DNA of 64,000 nt from Pseudovirgaria hyperparasitica (lineage: Eukaryota): NCBI GenBank assembly GCA_010093815.1, contig ML996571.1; one strand, written 5' to 3'. A program made the position numbers and the translations under genes. Shown piece by piece: positions 29,770-42,347 of the stretch (position 1 is the stretch's first letter; every line of letters begins with the position of its first letter). Under the pieces are notes generated by a model. The model saw only the letters and a list, made by a program, of their open reading frames with translations. It did no database searches and was not told the DNA's origin.

Positions 29770-30570
29770 TTACAACAGACTCCACACCACCGCAGCAAGA
29801 CTCACACCAGCAACTACCCCATCAACACACCTCCTCCCAGCAACCCCAGTCCCATCCGCGCCCCAACCCCCCACCGTCGGCGCCAAAGTCATCAAACTAC
29901 CCCCACCCCCACCCGACGTCACCGTCGGCACCGCCGCATCCTTGAAACTACCCACAACCGTCATACTCGCATACTGAACCTCATAATACTCAAACACCGT
30001 CTGCCCCGTCGGCGCCGGCACCAAGAACGTCGTAGGCGGAAACATGGTCGACTGGTAACTCTCGAGGATGGGATTCCTGCGGGAGAAGAGGCATGACGCG
30101 GTGGTGGCGGTCGGAGCACCGGTAAAGGTGCAGTCCCAGCGCGTCTTGATGGCATCGGAGCGGCCTGTTTCGGCAAAGTCGAAGACGAAGGTCGAGGGTC
30201 CTGCGATGACGGTTTGGGTTGCGCCTGGGGCGGAGAGGCAGGCTGTGCTGGTGGAGGGGCAAACGATCGTGTAGGTTGTTGCGTCTGCGGACTTTTTGGG
30301 GGGGGTGTTTTGTTAGGGTTTGGGTGGTTTTTTGGGAGGGGGAGGGAGAGGATGGGGGGGGCGACTTGCTTCGTCGATGATGAGGGCTTCGTAGTCGTCG
30401 AAGCTGAAGTATTGTGGGCTGTACCCGACGGCTGGATATGTCTGCGAGAGTATCAGTCGCTGCACTGATATTTAGGATTTATGCTGTTTCCATACTACTA
30501 CTTCGCTTGCGAGCACGTGGGCTACAGTCGCAAGTAGCACCGAAGCAATGCAGGCTGGAGTTGCGACCAT
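29770..30570 (-). CDS. Secreted, probably GPI-anchored, Thr-rich cell wall protein
   Basis: Signal MVATPACIASVLLATVAHVLA. Introns 30442-30495 (GT-AG) and 30292-30369 (GC-AG). ADATTYTIVC..GPSTF motif. Hydrophobic C-terminus GVVAGVSLAAVVWSLL. Confidence 0.75.
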
Positions 30571-32803
30571 TGTGGATGAATGAAGACAGCGCGTGGATGG
30601 CGCAATTACTAGACTAGGAAAGTAAGGAGGCGATCGAGGAGCAGCGTAGAGGGTTAAGATGGCTATAGCGGCTTGTTATATAAGATGTTAACGGTCCAGG
30701 ACTCTCTGCTAGTAATTAACTAGCGATAGATAGTGTTGATCTGACTCAATATTCTGGAAGAGTTCCATGTCAGGAGAATCTGGCGTTTCGGCCCCCACTC
30801 CTCCCCTTATAGCCTATTTCATTGGCTGGAATGGACAGGGATTCTGCGTAGGCGCGTTGGATTGAAACCCTTGGTATTTTCCTGCTCACCTTGCTGTGTT
30901 AAGACTGTCGACCAAGTCATCGCATTTTCTGTCACTTGTTGGCTTGTACAAATACCGTCTCTTGCTCGCTCAACACACCGCGTCGTCGCGTTTGGACATA
31001 CAATATCGAATAGAAAGCTCTATAATAGAGCACCTTTAAACCATAATAGAGAAACAAAATACTTATCATTATTATTGCCTCTGTACTACATATGATGTGT
31101 GATCGACACGAGTCAGGTGTAATGGGGCGCCGACGCCCGAATATGAGCACGGGATTTCCCCTCTCTGTGTCCGCTAGTATCGCAATTTCTATATGGTGAC
31201 TTTTTCACACGTTTACCTCGAGACTGTTCTGATGTTTGCGTTGTCAAGGATGATCTGGACAAGGTCCTGCTATATGGGCTGGGGAGCTTGAGCCTAGTTA
31301 TCAATTCTCTTCGGGATACATGAACAGTTGAAGATCAAAACCTTTCGTACAGCTTGTATCTTTCCGAGATTACTGTCGATGATACCAGAAGATCTAGACA
31401 TATGGAATGAGGATTCCTGTTGATGGTATTAGAAGTACCTGGAGGCTCAGTCATCCAGATGCCTGCGTTCATCCCGTGGTCGACAATGTGATTTGAGGGG
31501 GAATGAGTATGGTCGGAGAGATGTGTATATGAAGATGTATTGAGGTTATTAATTCGTTCTTTGAAGTTATTGTAAGAAGTAGAGTTGAGAATTTACAGAG
31601 GAGGTGAAATTCATATAGACCAGCTGCTAGTCCCGATTAGGCGGTTGCGGTTGCAAATCGCCACATCAGCCGCGTCCTTTTACAGTCTGCATACCTCTGA
31701 GAGTATAGCTTCATTCTCACCTCGAAACCTACAAGTTGACGCTAATCTTGTTATCCTACATTATCGTTCATAGAGACTCATATATATGGCAGGCTTGTGT
31801 TGAGTATAAAATCCTCACGATTGTGTAAGAATGGTGTGCTGTACGTTTACTTTATGGACTATGTATAAGTCAAACATGTCTTCTTCATGCTGGTTCTTTC
31901 AAATATAAGAATAGGAACAGTGTTAAGTGTGGACAGGGAGGCCCAAAAGGGCACTTGTATTACACATTTCTGTACTAGGACAAGCGCCTTGGCGAGACTG
32001 CCCCCTCAGCCAGACCCGATCCATATCCACCAAACGAAACATACGAACTACACGACCGCTTTGTCTAAATATGGACAAACTGAGACTCCGTCTGCATCCA
32101 CTGGTGCTATCGGTTGTCTGTATCTGCCGAGGCCATTGTATGACGCGCGACCAGTCAAGAGTCAGGAGCTAAGCCACCACATGCGACCAGTCGAGAAGTC
32201 ATAATGGACAAATGGCTAACGCGTCTGAAGTCCCAATACTGGGCTGATTATCGATCGGTAGAAACTCCGCTCAGAAGACAGACCGATCGAGCCTGCATGC
32301 AGCCACCATGCAAGGTTAGACGACGACCCATTATGGCAAAATTTGCTGAAAGTTTCCCCAAGACCCCCGCCCCAAGACGGACGTAGCTGTCCGACAAACA
32401 CGTCTCCAGCATTACAAGTCATCTGATTCTAGACCACGAAGTTTGCTTCAACCAAATCTCTCGGGACTGAGAGTGTACAGTTGGATCGACACAAGGACAA
32501 GGACTGGACTACTACCTCTCTCGTATTATCGGCCCACTTGTTACTCGCGCGACCCAATTGAAGATGCCGTTCTCAGCCAAAGCTGAACACCAACGCGGTA
32601 CAGGATAGCAAATGCACGAGATCCCAGTTCCACCTCGTATGTGCTGGACACATGCTGCTACCCTCTGAGTGATATTGATCTAGGCTTTGAGACCGCCTTA
32701 CGAGAGACTGTCTACTTAATGCGCCCCCCTCTCTCTTGAGATTTCGTCGCGTTTCGAACATCATCCGCACCTTTGATTTATTGCAGTGAGGTTGAGCACT
32801 AGC

Positions 32804-34014
32804 ATGTATTCGATCGACATTCTATCATTAGTTGCGCTTTGGCAGCTACTGTCGTTCGGCTCAGCTCAAGATGTGACCACCGACCCAGCCTTTTTTGGGT
32901 TCTCCTACGGCAGCGACGAGATTTGTAAGTTTTCATACCAAAATATGGCTCCTATGTTGCTTCTAGACGTTGGCTGAACATCTGCTTTCAAATCAGACAC
33001 CCCGGCGATATGCAACTCAGATCTAGAATGGAAAACGTACCGTGACTTCGGTGGATGTATGGATCCCACTAATGATCCCTCCACGGCTGTCGTCCTAGAC
33101 TGCAATGCTGGTACTATGACATTTGCCGGATCTACCTTGGACTGGTATGCTTTCTATCAAATCAATAGAAACTTTTTACTCACCTTTGACTAGCACCAGT
33201 AGATTTGATCCTGCAACTGAGTCCGCAACATATGATGCTTGTGCTTCATTTTTGGTCAAGGACGACGAAACCGACACGGACCTTCTTACCAGATACTATT
33301 GTAACACAGTAGCAACTTCGGAGGTCTACACAATGACTATCCCTGCGGGTGTTACATATGTAGACGAGAGTGAGTCCTCCCCGTAATTGAGGATTTGGTA
33401 CGGTGCTAATTGTGGTAGGTGGAGATATATTTACCATTCCCTCAAGCAATACTCCATCCTCGTCCCCGTCTCCAGTATCCACTCTTCCTGGGCCTACCAC
33501 AACTGCACCCGGACCTGTACCGTGCACTTCATGCAGGAAAAGGAATATGTCCTGGATCGCAGGTGCCGTCGCAGGCCCAATCGTTGGCATCGCACTTATT
33601 GGAGCTGGTGTATTCTGCTGTCTCCGACGACGCAGAAACCGCGAAAGCAGCGCGGCCAACAATCTGGCTTACGCTCCGCAGACAAGTCACCAGTCACCCC
33701 CAGAGAAGACAGCCGCAATGGCGTCATCTTACCCATCACCAAACTCTACAAATTCGTACTATGGGCAGAATCCAGTATCGCCCTATCAGCCAGCATTCTC
33801 AACATCATCACCACCTCCTCCTGTCTCGCCTGTAAACACTGGACACCAATCGCAAATATATCCCTCTAGTCCTGCTCCGCAGTATGACCCACTACAGAAT
33901 TCACAGCAACACCAGGGAGCCTATGCTCCACCAGAGAAGCCTACAAATAATTATGTGAGCCCACACCAAACAGGCGTGAGTGAGCTTGACGATGGAAGTA
34001 CCACTCGCCAGTAG
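32804..34014 (+). CDS. Type I membrane protein (Mid2-like architecture): signal peptide, Cys-containing ectodomain, TM, Pro/Tyr/Gln-rich tail
   Basis: Signal MYSIDILSLVALWQLLSFGSA; several short introns; TM WIAGAVAGPIVGIALIGAGVFCCL followed by RRRR; tail ends VSELDDG. Confidence 0.75.
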
Positions 34015-34278
34015 TATTGAGAATGTGAATGGCAGTCCTGAAGTTATAGAATGCTCATTTCATTTCCACGTGACGATGCGTACATTATGCTAGTTTTCCT
34101 TAAGACCAGCGCTTCTAATGAATGTCTTCTCTAGTAAGCTATATAAGCCGCTTGGAAGGGCTAGTATTCTGCTATTCATACTGAAACGCAAAGAAACAAT
34201 GCCCCTCCTCTATCTGCTACGTTTATGCTTACTGAGTCTCTCTCCCCCATCCGATCTTCTGTCCCCATGAAGCCCACC

Positions 34279-34460
34279 ATGTTAATTCTTGTTATCCACC
34301 TCTACATGGATACATCTTTAAACCCTCCTCTCCACACGCGCATCACCTAAGATACTTTGCCCCTCTAAAATGCCCCGTGCCCTGTCCCCAGCTGAGCTGT
34401 AAGCCGAAGGTGTGGCTGAATGGCGCAAGCTGATGCCGCGCATTAGGGATTTGTTCTCGA
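34279..34460 (+). pseudogene. Truncated, degenerate duplicate of the DUF3253 gene at 36071
   Basis: Translates as HL*TLLSTRASPKILCPSKMPRALSPAEL*AEGVAEWRKLMPRIRDL, versus intact HLQTLLSKRAPPKTLCPSEVARALSSAELQAEGVGEWRELMPRIRDL. Two CAA>TAA stops. Confidence 0.85.
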
Positions 34461-34643
34461 AGCGTAATTAATGCTGATGTACTTTTTAGACAACCCTTGA
34501 AGTCATGAACGGGAAGCTATGAAACATACGTAGAATGCTGAAGCTTGCTAAGAAGGGCATCGCCGCTGAGATCAAGTCCTCTTTCAGATTGACAGGCTGC
34601 TCTTTGTTGATTCGTGTTCATAGTCTGAATCGTTATACTCTAG

Positions 34644-35824
34644 TCACTTTACTGCTCTCTCCTCTTCCTCGACGTATCTCGCTTCGTCACTAGAGCTAAG
34701 TTCTTCTGGAGGTGTTTCAGATCGCTTCCTCTTTGTAACGCCGGGAGCTAAAGAGTCTTTACTAAGTGAACCTAGCTGGTGCACTTTTTCTTCTGCATCG
34801 GTGAGAAATTGGCAAAGCTCTTTGGTAGAAACAACCAAATCTTGGTCTTGAGTCCCAATTTGGTCTCTCACTAGCCCTTTGTTGGCGAAATCGCTGAGGT
34901 GGAGCTGCAGGCCTGGTCGATTGGTAGGGTTCCCTTGCTCATCACGGAATGCCTAGTGCGAATGTCAGAGACAAACAAGAAATGCCACAGACACTCGTCG
35001 TCGAGCATACCTCATCCACAATCTCCTGCACTGCTCGTAATTCATCCCCATGAGCTGTATGGAATATGCGAGTTCGCCATACTGACAAAGTGGCCTTGCG
35101 TGACCGCTTCTCGCCGTATTCAATATCAAGCCCTACGACGCTCTGTATATTTGCGTCCGAGTCCAAAAGGTATGCATCGGCTAGTGAAGTTAAATGTTTT
35201 CTTTTCTCCGAGTACGCAACTTCGATTACAACGCCAGGATACTCTGCGTCATCATGCCAGAAAGAGGTATCGGGCTCATATTTTGATTGGATACCATCTG
35301 GATCTTTGTCATTCGGGAGGTGTATTCGCGTAGATCGAGCTATCTTCACTTTCTTTGCAAAGGTGCTTCGGCTAGTCGATTCCGCGTAGATTGATTTAAG
35401 CTGGTTGTGGATTGCTTCCTCAACACGAGCAAGGAACAGTTCATGGATAGCTGTAGGCATGCGAACTACAAGCAGATCATTTGCTGCATCAAAATCATAT
35501 CTGGTCGGACACCTTTGTCAGCAGTCGCTCCAGTTGGCTGGAACCTACTTACCGTATCTTATACTCGACGAACCCTCTCAGGTCTTCGTCTTGGTCCAAT
35601 TGTCGATTAATCTCGGTACGCTCTGTAGGCGAAAGCTGAAATTCTGACCACGGAGGTTGCTTAATGTGCTTGCCAGCTCGAATGGTTTTGAAAAGCGTGA
35701 TTATTTTCCCAGCTTGGACGAAAGGTTTCTTCCCGCTAGATGGCGGTGTCAAAGGGGCGAAGACGAAGCTTGAAGGAGGTGTGATTTCTTCATGCAGCTC
35801 CTGACGATTATGTGATGTAGACAT
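34644..35824 (-). CDS. Hypothetical protein with a Uma2/restriction-endonuclease-like PD-(D/E)XK motif
   Basis: Introns 35501-35552 and 34953-35010 join three ORFs. Core reads VRMPTAIHE..YEPDTSF..PGVVIEVAYSE..LADAYL..VVGLDIEY. Confidence 0.7.
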
Positions 35825-36070
35825 ATCAGTTGTTCATTTTGGTGGTTGAGTGCATTCGAATTGCATGGTGATATGCGATGGTCATCGGCCGAGTCATTGC
35901 TCTTCGAGGTTTGTTGACTCAGCAACTGCACGGCTGAATGGGCTACCGAAGATTTACCGCCAGAGAAAGGCCAGAAACAATTCCCCTAAGCTCCATACAG
36001 CCCAGCGCCTACTCACTCTTCTACGTCAGTGCTCATCCCTGGCCAGTCTCTTTCCAGTTTTCGTCTTACC

Positions 36071-36361
36071 ATGACAGTCCACATCTCGACTCCTATATCA
36101 ACGCACCTTCAAACCCTCCTCTCCAAGCGTGCACCACCCAAGACACTCTGCCCCTCTGAAGTCGCCCGCGCTCTGTCCTCAGCCGAACTCCAAGCCGAAG
36201 GCGTGGGCGAATGGCGCGAATTGATGCCACGCATCAGAGACCTGGTGTGGCAGATGCGTGACGAAGGAGAGGTGGAGATCTTGCAGCGGGGAGAGGTGCT
36301 GGCGGCGGATGTGGGCGTAGAGAGTGTGATAGGCCCGATCAGGGTGAGGCGGAAGGTGTGA
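36071..36361 (+). CDS. DUF3253-family small protein
   Basis: PPKTLCPSEVARAL..WRELMPRIRD..GEVEILQRG..GPIRVR is the characteristic DUF3253 pattern. Confidence 0.8.
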   Translation: MTVHISTPISTHLQTLLSKRAPPKTLCPSEVARALSSAELQAEGVGEWRELMPRIRDLVWQMRDEGEVEILQRGEVLAADVGVESVIGPIRVRRKV

Positions 36362-36692
36362 TGGATGGTGGGAAGGGGACTTGACGTGCGACGAGTAAGT
36401 ACTTGAATGCTGGAGTGCTTGGGGAGGTGTTGATACTGCATCACGATCATCCCGGCGATGGTAACAGCATTCTAATCACCTCGGATGGAAGCACAAAAAA
36501 CTTGGTTCACGTACGTTTGGCTCACGCTTTTGGCGCTTCGATGTTTTCTATACGACCTCCTAGAAACTATCCTAGTGCTGCTGTGCCTACGAAATTAAGG
36601 CTATATGGACTTCAACATATGTAGATGATGCACAGTTATAGTCTCAAGATTCCACAGAAATCGCAAACACTCACAAGGCATTGGCTACAGTC

Positions 36693-38022
36693 TCAGACAT
36701 ACACCGTCTTGGTAGATGCCTGGAAGCCGTTGAAGTTGGTTTGGCAACAGCTGGAGTATGCTGCCACAATCATCAGCAAACCGCGTCACACAGCACCTCA
36801 ACATCAGATCAACTCACCGCCCATCTTGTCAAACACCAACCAATCCCCCATCTCGATTTCGCGATCGAATGACACTCCTTTGTCAATACAATCAAGTGAA
36901 TCACACGTCGGTCCCCACAGCGAATACCGCCATTCCAACTCGCCCTTCTGCACATGCACCACTCCACCCCTTACCAGCGCAATCGGTTGATAGCCCGGCT
37001 TCTCATATACCGCATTCATGAAGTTTCCAAACACACCATCGTTCAGATAAAGTCGACTGCGCCCAGAATCTGATTGCGTGCACTCCGCCGCCCCACGCCG
37101 TCCCACGACTTGCGCCACAACCATGAATGCGTCACGTGCAAATAGACGGCCAGGCTCTGCGATGATCTGGACGCCCGGAAACGTGTCATGAAAGGATCGC
37201 AGCGCTACGTTAATCTCAGTACTCGTCTGTGCAAAGCCTTCGTTGACGAAGCCGCCGCCGATGTCAAGAATAGTGAATTTGTGGCCATGGCGCGCAGCGA
37301 TGTGGAAGATCTTGGCTGCTTCAGTGATTGCGTTGCGGTACGCGTTTTCGATCGAAGAGCCGCTTCCTATGAAGCATAAGCAAAGAGGCATCGGATGAAT
37401 GAAATGTCACAGACCAATGTGGAAACATGTGCCTACTATGTTGAGGCCAAGCTGGGTGGCTTTCTCAAACAACAAGCCTGCTGCGGCCATCTTCGCGCCG
37501 AATTTATCGCCGAATCGCACGAGTGCTTCTCTGTCGTCGACAGTGATACGTAGAAGGAGCCTGACATTTGGATGATGCTGCTTTACTTTGACTAGTTCAT
37601 CACTATTATCAAAAACCAGCAGATCGGCGCCCGACGTCCGCGCATACTTGAGCGAAGCTACGGACTTGATGGGGTTTGTGAATACTACCCTTGATGAGGC
37701 AACATCCAAGGCGTATATATCGCGCATTTCGTTCAGTGATGCACAATCGAAGTTCACGCCGAGGCGGCCGAGTTTCTGTAGTAAGCCTGAGTCTGGGTTA
37801 CATTTCATGGCTGTATACACAATTAGCACGAGGTTCAGAGGCTTAAATGACTCAAGGCTTGCCATAGAAAGGTGTAATCTCAGGCAGACAAGCTCTCCAT
37901 TCCTGAACTACGTCTTCAACCCTGCCTAGATCCGCGATATAGAAGGCCTCTGTTTCGTCTTCGCTAGCGTCTTGCTCGCGGATCTGTTTGAGCAATGCCT
38001 TTTGAACTTGGGGTCTCAGCAT
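36693..38022 (-). CDS. Ornithine-decarboxylase-fold (group IV) PLP-dependent amino acid decarboxylase, about 390 aa
   Basis: AFYIADLG, PFY|AMKCNP (PLP Lys), FDCAS, FH|IGSG, LDIGGGF, IAEPGR, WGPTCDSLD, MG|AY, NFNGF. Introns 37811-37862 (GC-AG), 37367-37414 and 36761-36817 give 1173 nt of CDS. Confidence 0.92.
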
Positions 38023-38992
38023 GACGCGCATACGGATACGATACGAACAACCTGGGTTGGTCCGGAAGCTCTGTGAAGTACCTGAAAAAAAAGCGGTAAA
38101 GTACTCATGATCGCCGTAGACATTTCTCTTATTGTATAGTGATGTCAGCCACAAAAGGTCTGTGCCGTTACGCCTGCATCCATCGACCTGGTGATCGTGC
38201 GACGCTAAACAAGCAAGCTCAGCCAGCCGCAATGATTAGATCCATTACACAACATTAGATCGACGCTATACTGTTCGTGGACCCATATTGTACGCTGTAT
38301 CGGGTGAAGGGATCGTGGATTCTATCAGATGAAACGGCCAGCTTCTGTATCAGATACGACTCGTGCACAAAGTTGAATACATTGTCTGAGGATTCAAAGT
38401 CGAATCCTTGTTTGAAGAACGATGTTAGGAAAAGCAAGATGGAACTAGTATTCTTATCTCACACTTTAGAATGTTCATCTGCTGTAGGCTTCCGCCCCAT
38501 GCAGCATTCATATCAAGTCAAATGAGTTTTTTCGAACACGTGTGTGTATTCAAGGTATAATGGAGGACAATATACGGGACGCCCAATGATATCTCCGCGA
38601 CGCTGTTGGCGGTTACAATACTTAGGTGTCCATGTGTAAACACCCCTGAGCTTCTATCTCGTCCTCCGCAAAGACAGCCTCTCGCCATGGTCGATACGTC
38701 CAAGGCATTAGAACCCCCTGTGCTCTGTCTTGTGATATGCAAGCAGCACCTCGCTGAATTACGTCAATAGAAATCTATGAGACAGTGTCGATATTTTCTG
38801 TTGCGGAAATCCTGTCGTCTAAAGCAGCAGAAACCATTCCTTCAAAGTCGGAGTTCGCCTCTAAATTATGCGAATAATTGGTAACCTGCTAATTATCTCG
38901 ACCTTGAAGTGACAGGCTGGCTCTCTGGCCGCTGGCGTTAGACATGCTCTGCTGATGATTTTATGCAACGGCTCATGAGCCCGTTACCGAGT

Positions 38993-40195
38993 CTATGGAT
39001 AATACACAGAGGAGAAAATACTTCTCTCTTCCGCGTCTGGCTTAACACTCAGCATCATCTCTGGTGGATGCGAACCACAACATCCTTTCGACCCCATGCA
39101 TCTCGCCCTATTCGTTCCATCTCTGTCCGCTCCTAACACCCTTCCAAACGCATAAAACCACATTTTTCCCTCGTCGCAAAAATGCAAACAGCATTTCCTG
39201 TCTATATTCCAAAACGCATTCAACTTCAATTGTCGCACAAACCTCCCCATCTCATCTCCCCACGCGCCGTACACAACCAGCGTCTTTGGCACTGGCATAA
39301 TAGTCAAATACTTACCCACAAACTCCACCAACCGATGATCCGCCATCGGGCAGAACGCACTCGCCACATCCACCTCCAAATACCTCAGCCCCTCATCTCC
39401 AATCATCACATACAGGTCTCGCATCTTATCAACTAAACGATTCAACGTATAAGTCGTCATGAGATTATGCGTCGCATGCAGCTCACGGCTCCTCTCGGCC
39501 CAAAGCCTTCCCGTCACCGTTCCATCCGACCTCCATCGCCGCGCCCACATCGATGCAGTCGTATCAGGCATCACATCCGCCAGCACCATGGCTGACGTAT
39601 CGAAGCTCAGGCTCAGCTTACGCACTGATGACCATGCGCGCGCAGACATCAGAGGGCGTGCGTCTAGCTCGCTCGGACGTCGGAAGGCCCATGATGAGGG
39701 CAGTACGAATGTGTTGCGCGTAGCATACTCGTGTTCGGCTTCGTCGTGGATTTTGCGGCAGGTACGGAAAATGGCGAGTGAAGGGGGCGGCGTGCTGGAG
39801 AGGTCTGCGTAGCGTGGGGAGGGGAGGAAGTATTCATGAGTGCTCGGTTTGGAGAAGTAGACTCGGCTTGGGACAACGAGAATGGCATATATAAGAATGC
39901 GGATCTCCGGCGGGAGAGAGAGGAAGGAGGTTGGTGGTCGTAGATGGACAGGAGAGGTCTCGAGAGTGATGTTGACTGCGGAATCATAGGTGGAGAGGGC
40001 TTCAGGAGAGGTTGGTTTTGAAGGTATGGATGGTGTTGAGGCACGGGATGGTTTGGATAGATTGGACGGTGTTGGGGAATTGGATGGGAGAAGACCCACA
40101 CTGTCGTCGTCTGATGGACCGGAATCGATGCTGCCGAAGCAAGTGGTAATGACGCGAATAACCTTGCTGGCCAACATTTTGCGCTGTGAAGGCAT
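38993..40195 (-). CDS. Hypothetical protein with F-box-like motif
   Basis: 400-aa single-exon ORF. SFLSLPPEIRILIY and LAIFRTCRKIHDEA..YATRNTF are typical of fungal F-box-like proteins. Confidence 0.75.
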   Translation of the reverse strand: MPSQRKMLASKVIRVITTCFGSIDSGPSDDDSVGLLPSNSPTPSNLSKPSRASTPSIPSKPTSPEALSTYDSAVNITLETSPVHLRPPTSFLSLPPEIRILIYAILVVPSRVYFSKPSTHEYFLPSPRYADLSSTPPPSLAIFRTCRKIHDEAEHEYATRNTFVLPSSWAFRRPSELDARPLMSARAWSSVRKLSLSFDTSAMVLADVMPDTTASMWARRWRSDGTVTGRLWAERSRELHATHNLMTTYTLNRLVDKMRDLYVMIGDEGLRYLEVDVASAFCPMADHRLVEFVGKYLTIMPVPKTLVVYGAWGDEMGRFVRQLKLNAFWNIDRKCCLHFCDEGKMWFYAFGRVLGADRDGTNRARCMGSKGCCGSHPPEMMLSVKPDAEERSIFSSVYYP

Positions 40196-40902
40196 TATTT
40201 ATGTTGTTAGTTTGTTTATTGCAGCGTGTTGATATGATGGTCCTTCTTTTTTGAGGTATGGCCAGCGTGAAGGCCAGAAAATGGGTTTCTCTTGAAGCAA
40301 GTGATACGCCAACATTACGACTCTTATAACTCTGACGACAAAGACTCCGTTGACGAGTATATTTCTGGCTTAATGACAAAGGTTTGGAGACAAAGAGGCT
40401 TGAGCCAAGCGAATTTTGCGGTCCGCTGGTGCATATATCAGCATGTCTGCCAGATACGGACGACTGTAATGTGTGGAATGTATATGTCAAGTCAAGAATG
40501 CTTGGGGTCCTTGCTTCGAGGGATACGCCATTCTCATGACAGCACGCCCAATGGTGCGAGCGATCTGTTATAGCTCATGAACCATCCAGCAATTCCATAT
40601 TGATTAGGAGTTTTTATTCGCAGTCGATAGTTGAGCACCGGTCCTGAGATCAGTCAAATTCAGAGACTAAATCGACGAAAGAGCCAGTCGGATCATGACC
40701 CACGACAGCATACGACGGGACGAGACTAGGATATGGCGCAAACGTCATTTCGCCAGGGCTGGCGTCGATGTGCGAGGACGATCGCCAGTAGGCTCTACGC
40801 TAGGGATAGGACGTATCTCTAGTTCTGCGCCACTGATATATACTAAAGAGATATCACTCTTACACCCTGGTCCCTAACGCATCTTCTCATAAACAACGAA
40901 GT

Positions 40903-42324
40903 ATGACTGAGCCGCTTCGAATTGCCATTGTGGGCGGCAGTATTGCCGGATGCACACTTGCTAATGGTCTTCTCAAATACAAGCATATCACGTTTGATGT
41001 ATTTGAAAGCAAAGACAGCTTTCGGGAGCGAGGCGCTGCAATTGCAATGCATACCAACGCCTTAGCTGCCCTGAGATGCATGGGCATGGAACCGGACCGC
41101 ATTCTGAAAGATGGACATGGTAATAAGAGAGACAGTCTGAGGACCATAGCTGTATGTGGTCTCCTATACTCAGTGGCAATGCAGAAGAACAAGTTTAACC
41201 AAGAGCTCCTGTGTTAGGGAGTGGGTGATCACAAGGGAGAACATTTCCTTGAAACCATTGACGGGCCTTGGGGAATTGGTGAGAATCAAGCAAGCAAATT
41301 TGCGTGATTGCAATCTCATTCGTGATACAGGCAGACAACAATTACTAGAAGAACTTGTCAAGCCTCTACCTAAACAGAGATTGCACTGCAACAAGAAACT
41401 GGTCTCGATCACTGAGAATGATACAGGTCCACTTGTATTACACTTTGCGGATGGAAGTATCCATGTAGCCGATGCTGTATTGGGGTGCGATGGGTATCGA
41501 TCCAGAGTTAGAGAAATAATTCTCGGTAAAGACCACGCAGCAGCTGAGCCAGTATTTGCCGGCTTTTGGGATGCCCGTGGACTCATACCCACTGAACAGG
41601 CTGTAAAGCAATTCGGGACTAACATCATCGACCCAAGAGACTCAGCATTGTCTGCTGTTGTGGGGAACAATTGTTTCACTCTTTCTGGTCAGATTGACAG
41701 TGGTAAGATGTACTTCATCACCGTGTCTGGGAGTGCACCAAAAGATTGGGATGAGACCGCGTGGAAAACAGAGCTGAAGAGGGAACATCTCGAACGAACA
41801 TACGCAGGCTGGGACGAACAGTTCCGGACTGGTGTCATAGATTGTATCATGACAAGTGGTCCGGGTGTCGTCTTCAATCAGTGGGAATCTCAACCTGCAC
41901 CTACCTACTTCCGCAACAGGATCTGCATGCTTGGAGATGCTGCGCATGCGACATCGAATTGGTGAGATATGAGATCCTATCTCGAGGTCGAAGCTCACAG
42001 ATCGATAGGCTAGGCCAGGGAGCGGCTATGGCAATCGAAGATTGTATGGTTCTCTCTAAGCTGTTCGAGTTGGTCAAGCATAAAGAAGACTTGATTATAG
42101 TATTCAAAGCATTCGACCGCACACGTCGCGCTGCAAGGCCAGATATGATCATCGAACAAAGTCGTTTACTAGGTCAGATCCTGACCGGTCAGAAGGGCTT
42201 GGATCCTGCCGCCGTGCAACAGTATGATATGCAAAGGAGAAGACTGGAGATCTTGAATTACGATGTTACAATCGAGATACGGAAGGCACTCGAATCATTT
42301 CATCACTTCAAGAGCAACAGTTGA
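40903..42324 (+). CDS. Group A FAD-dependent monooxygenase (salicylate-hydroxylase-like)
   Basis: IAIVGGSIAG, ADAVLGCDG, ICMLGDAAHA, W|LGQGAAMAIED. Introns 41152-41217, 41279-41330 and 41962-42008. Confidence 0.92.
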
Positions 42325-42347
42325 TGGTCAAGTTCTTATCTATATGT

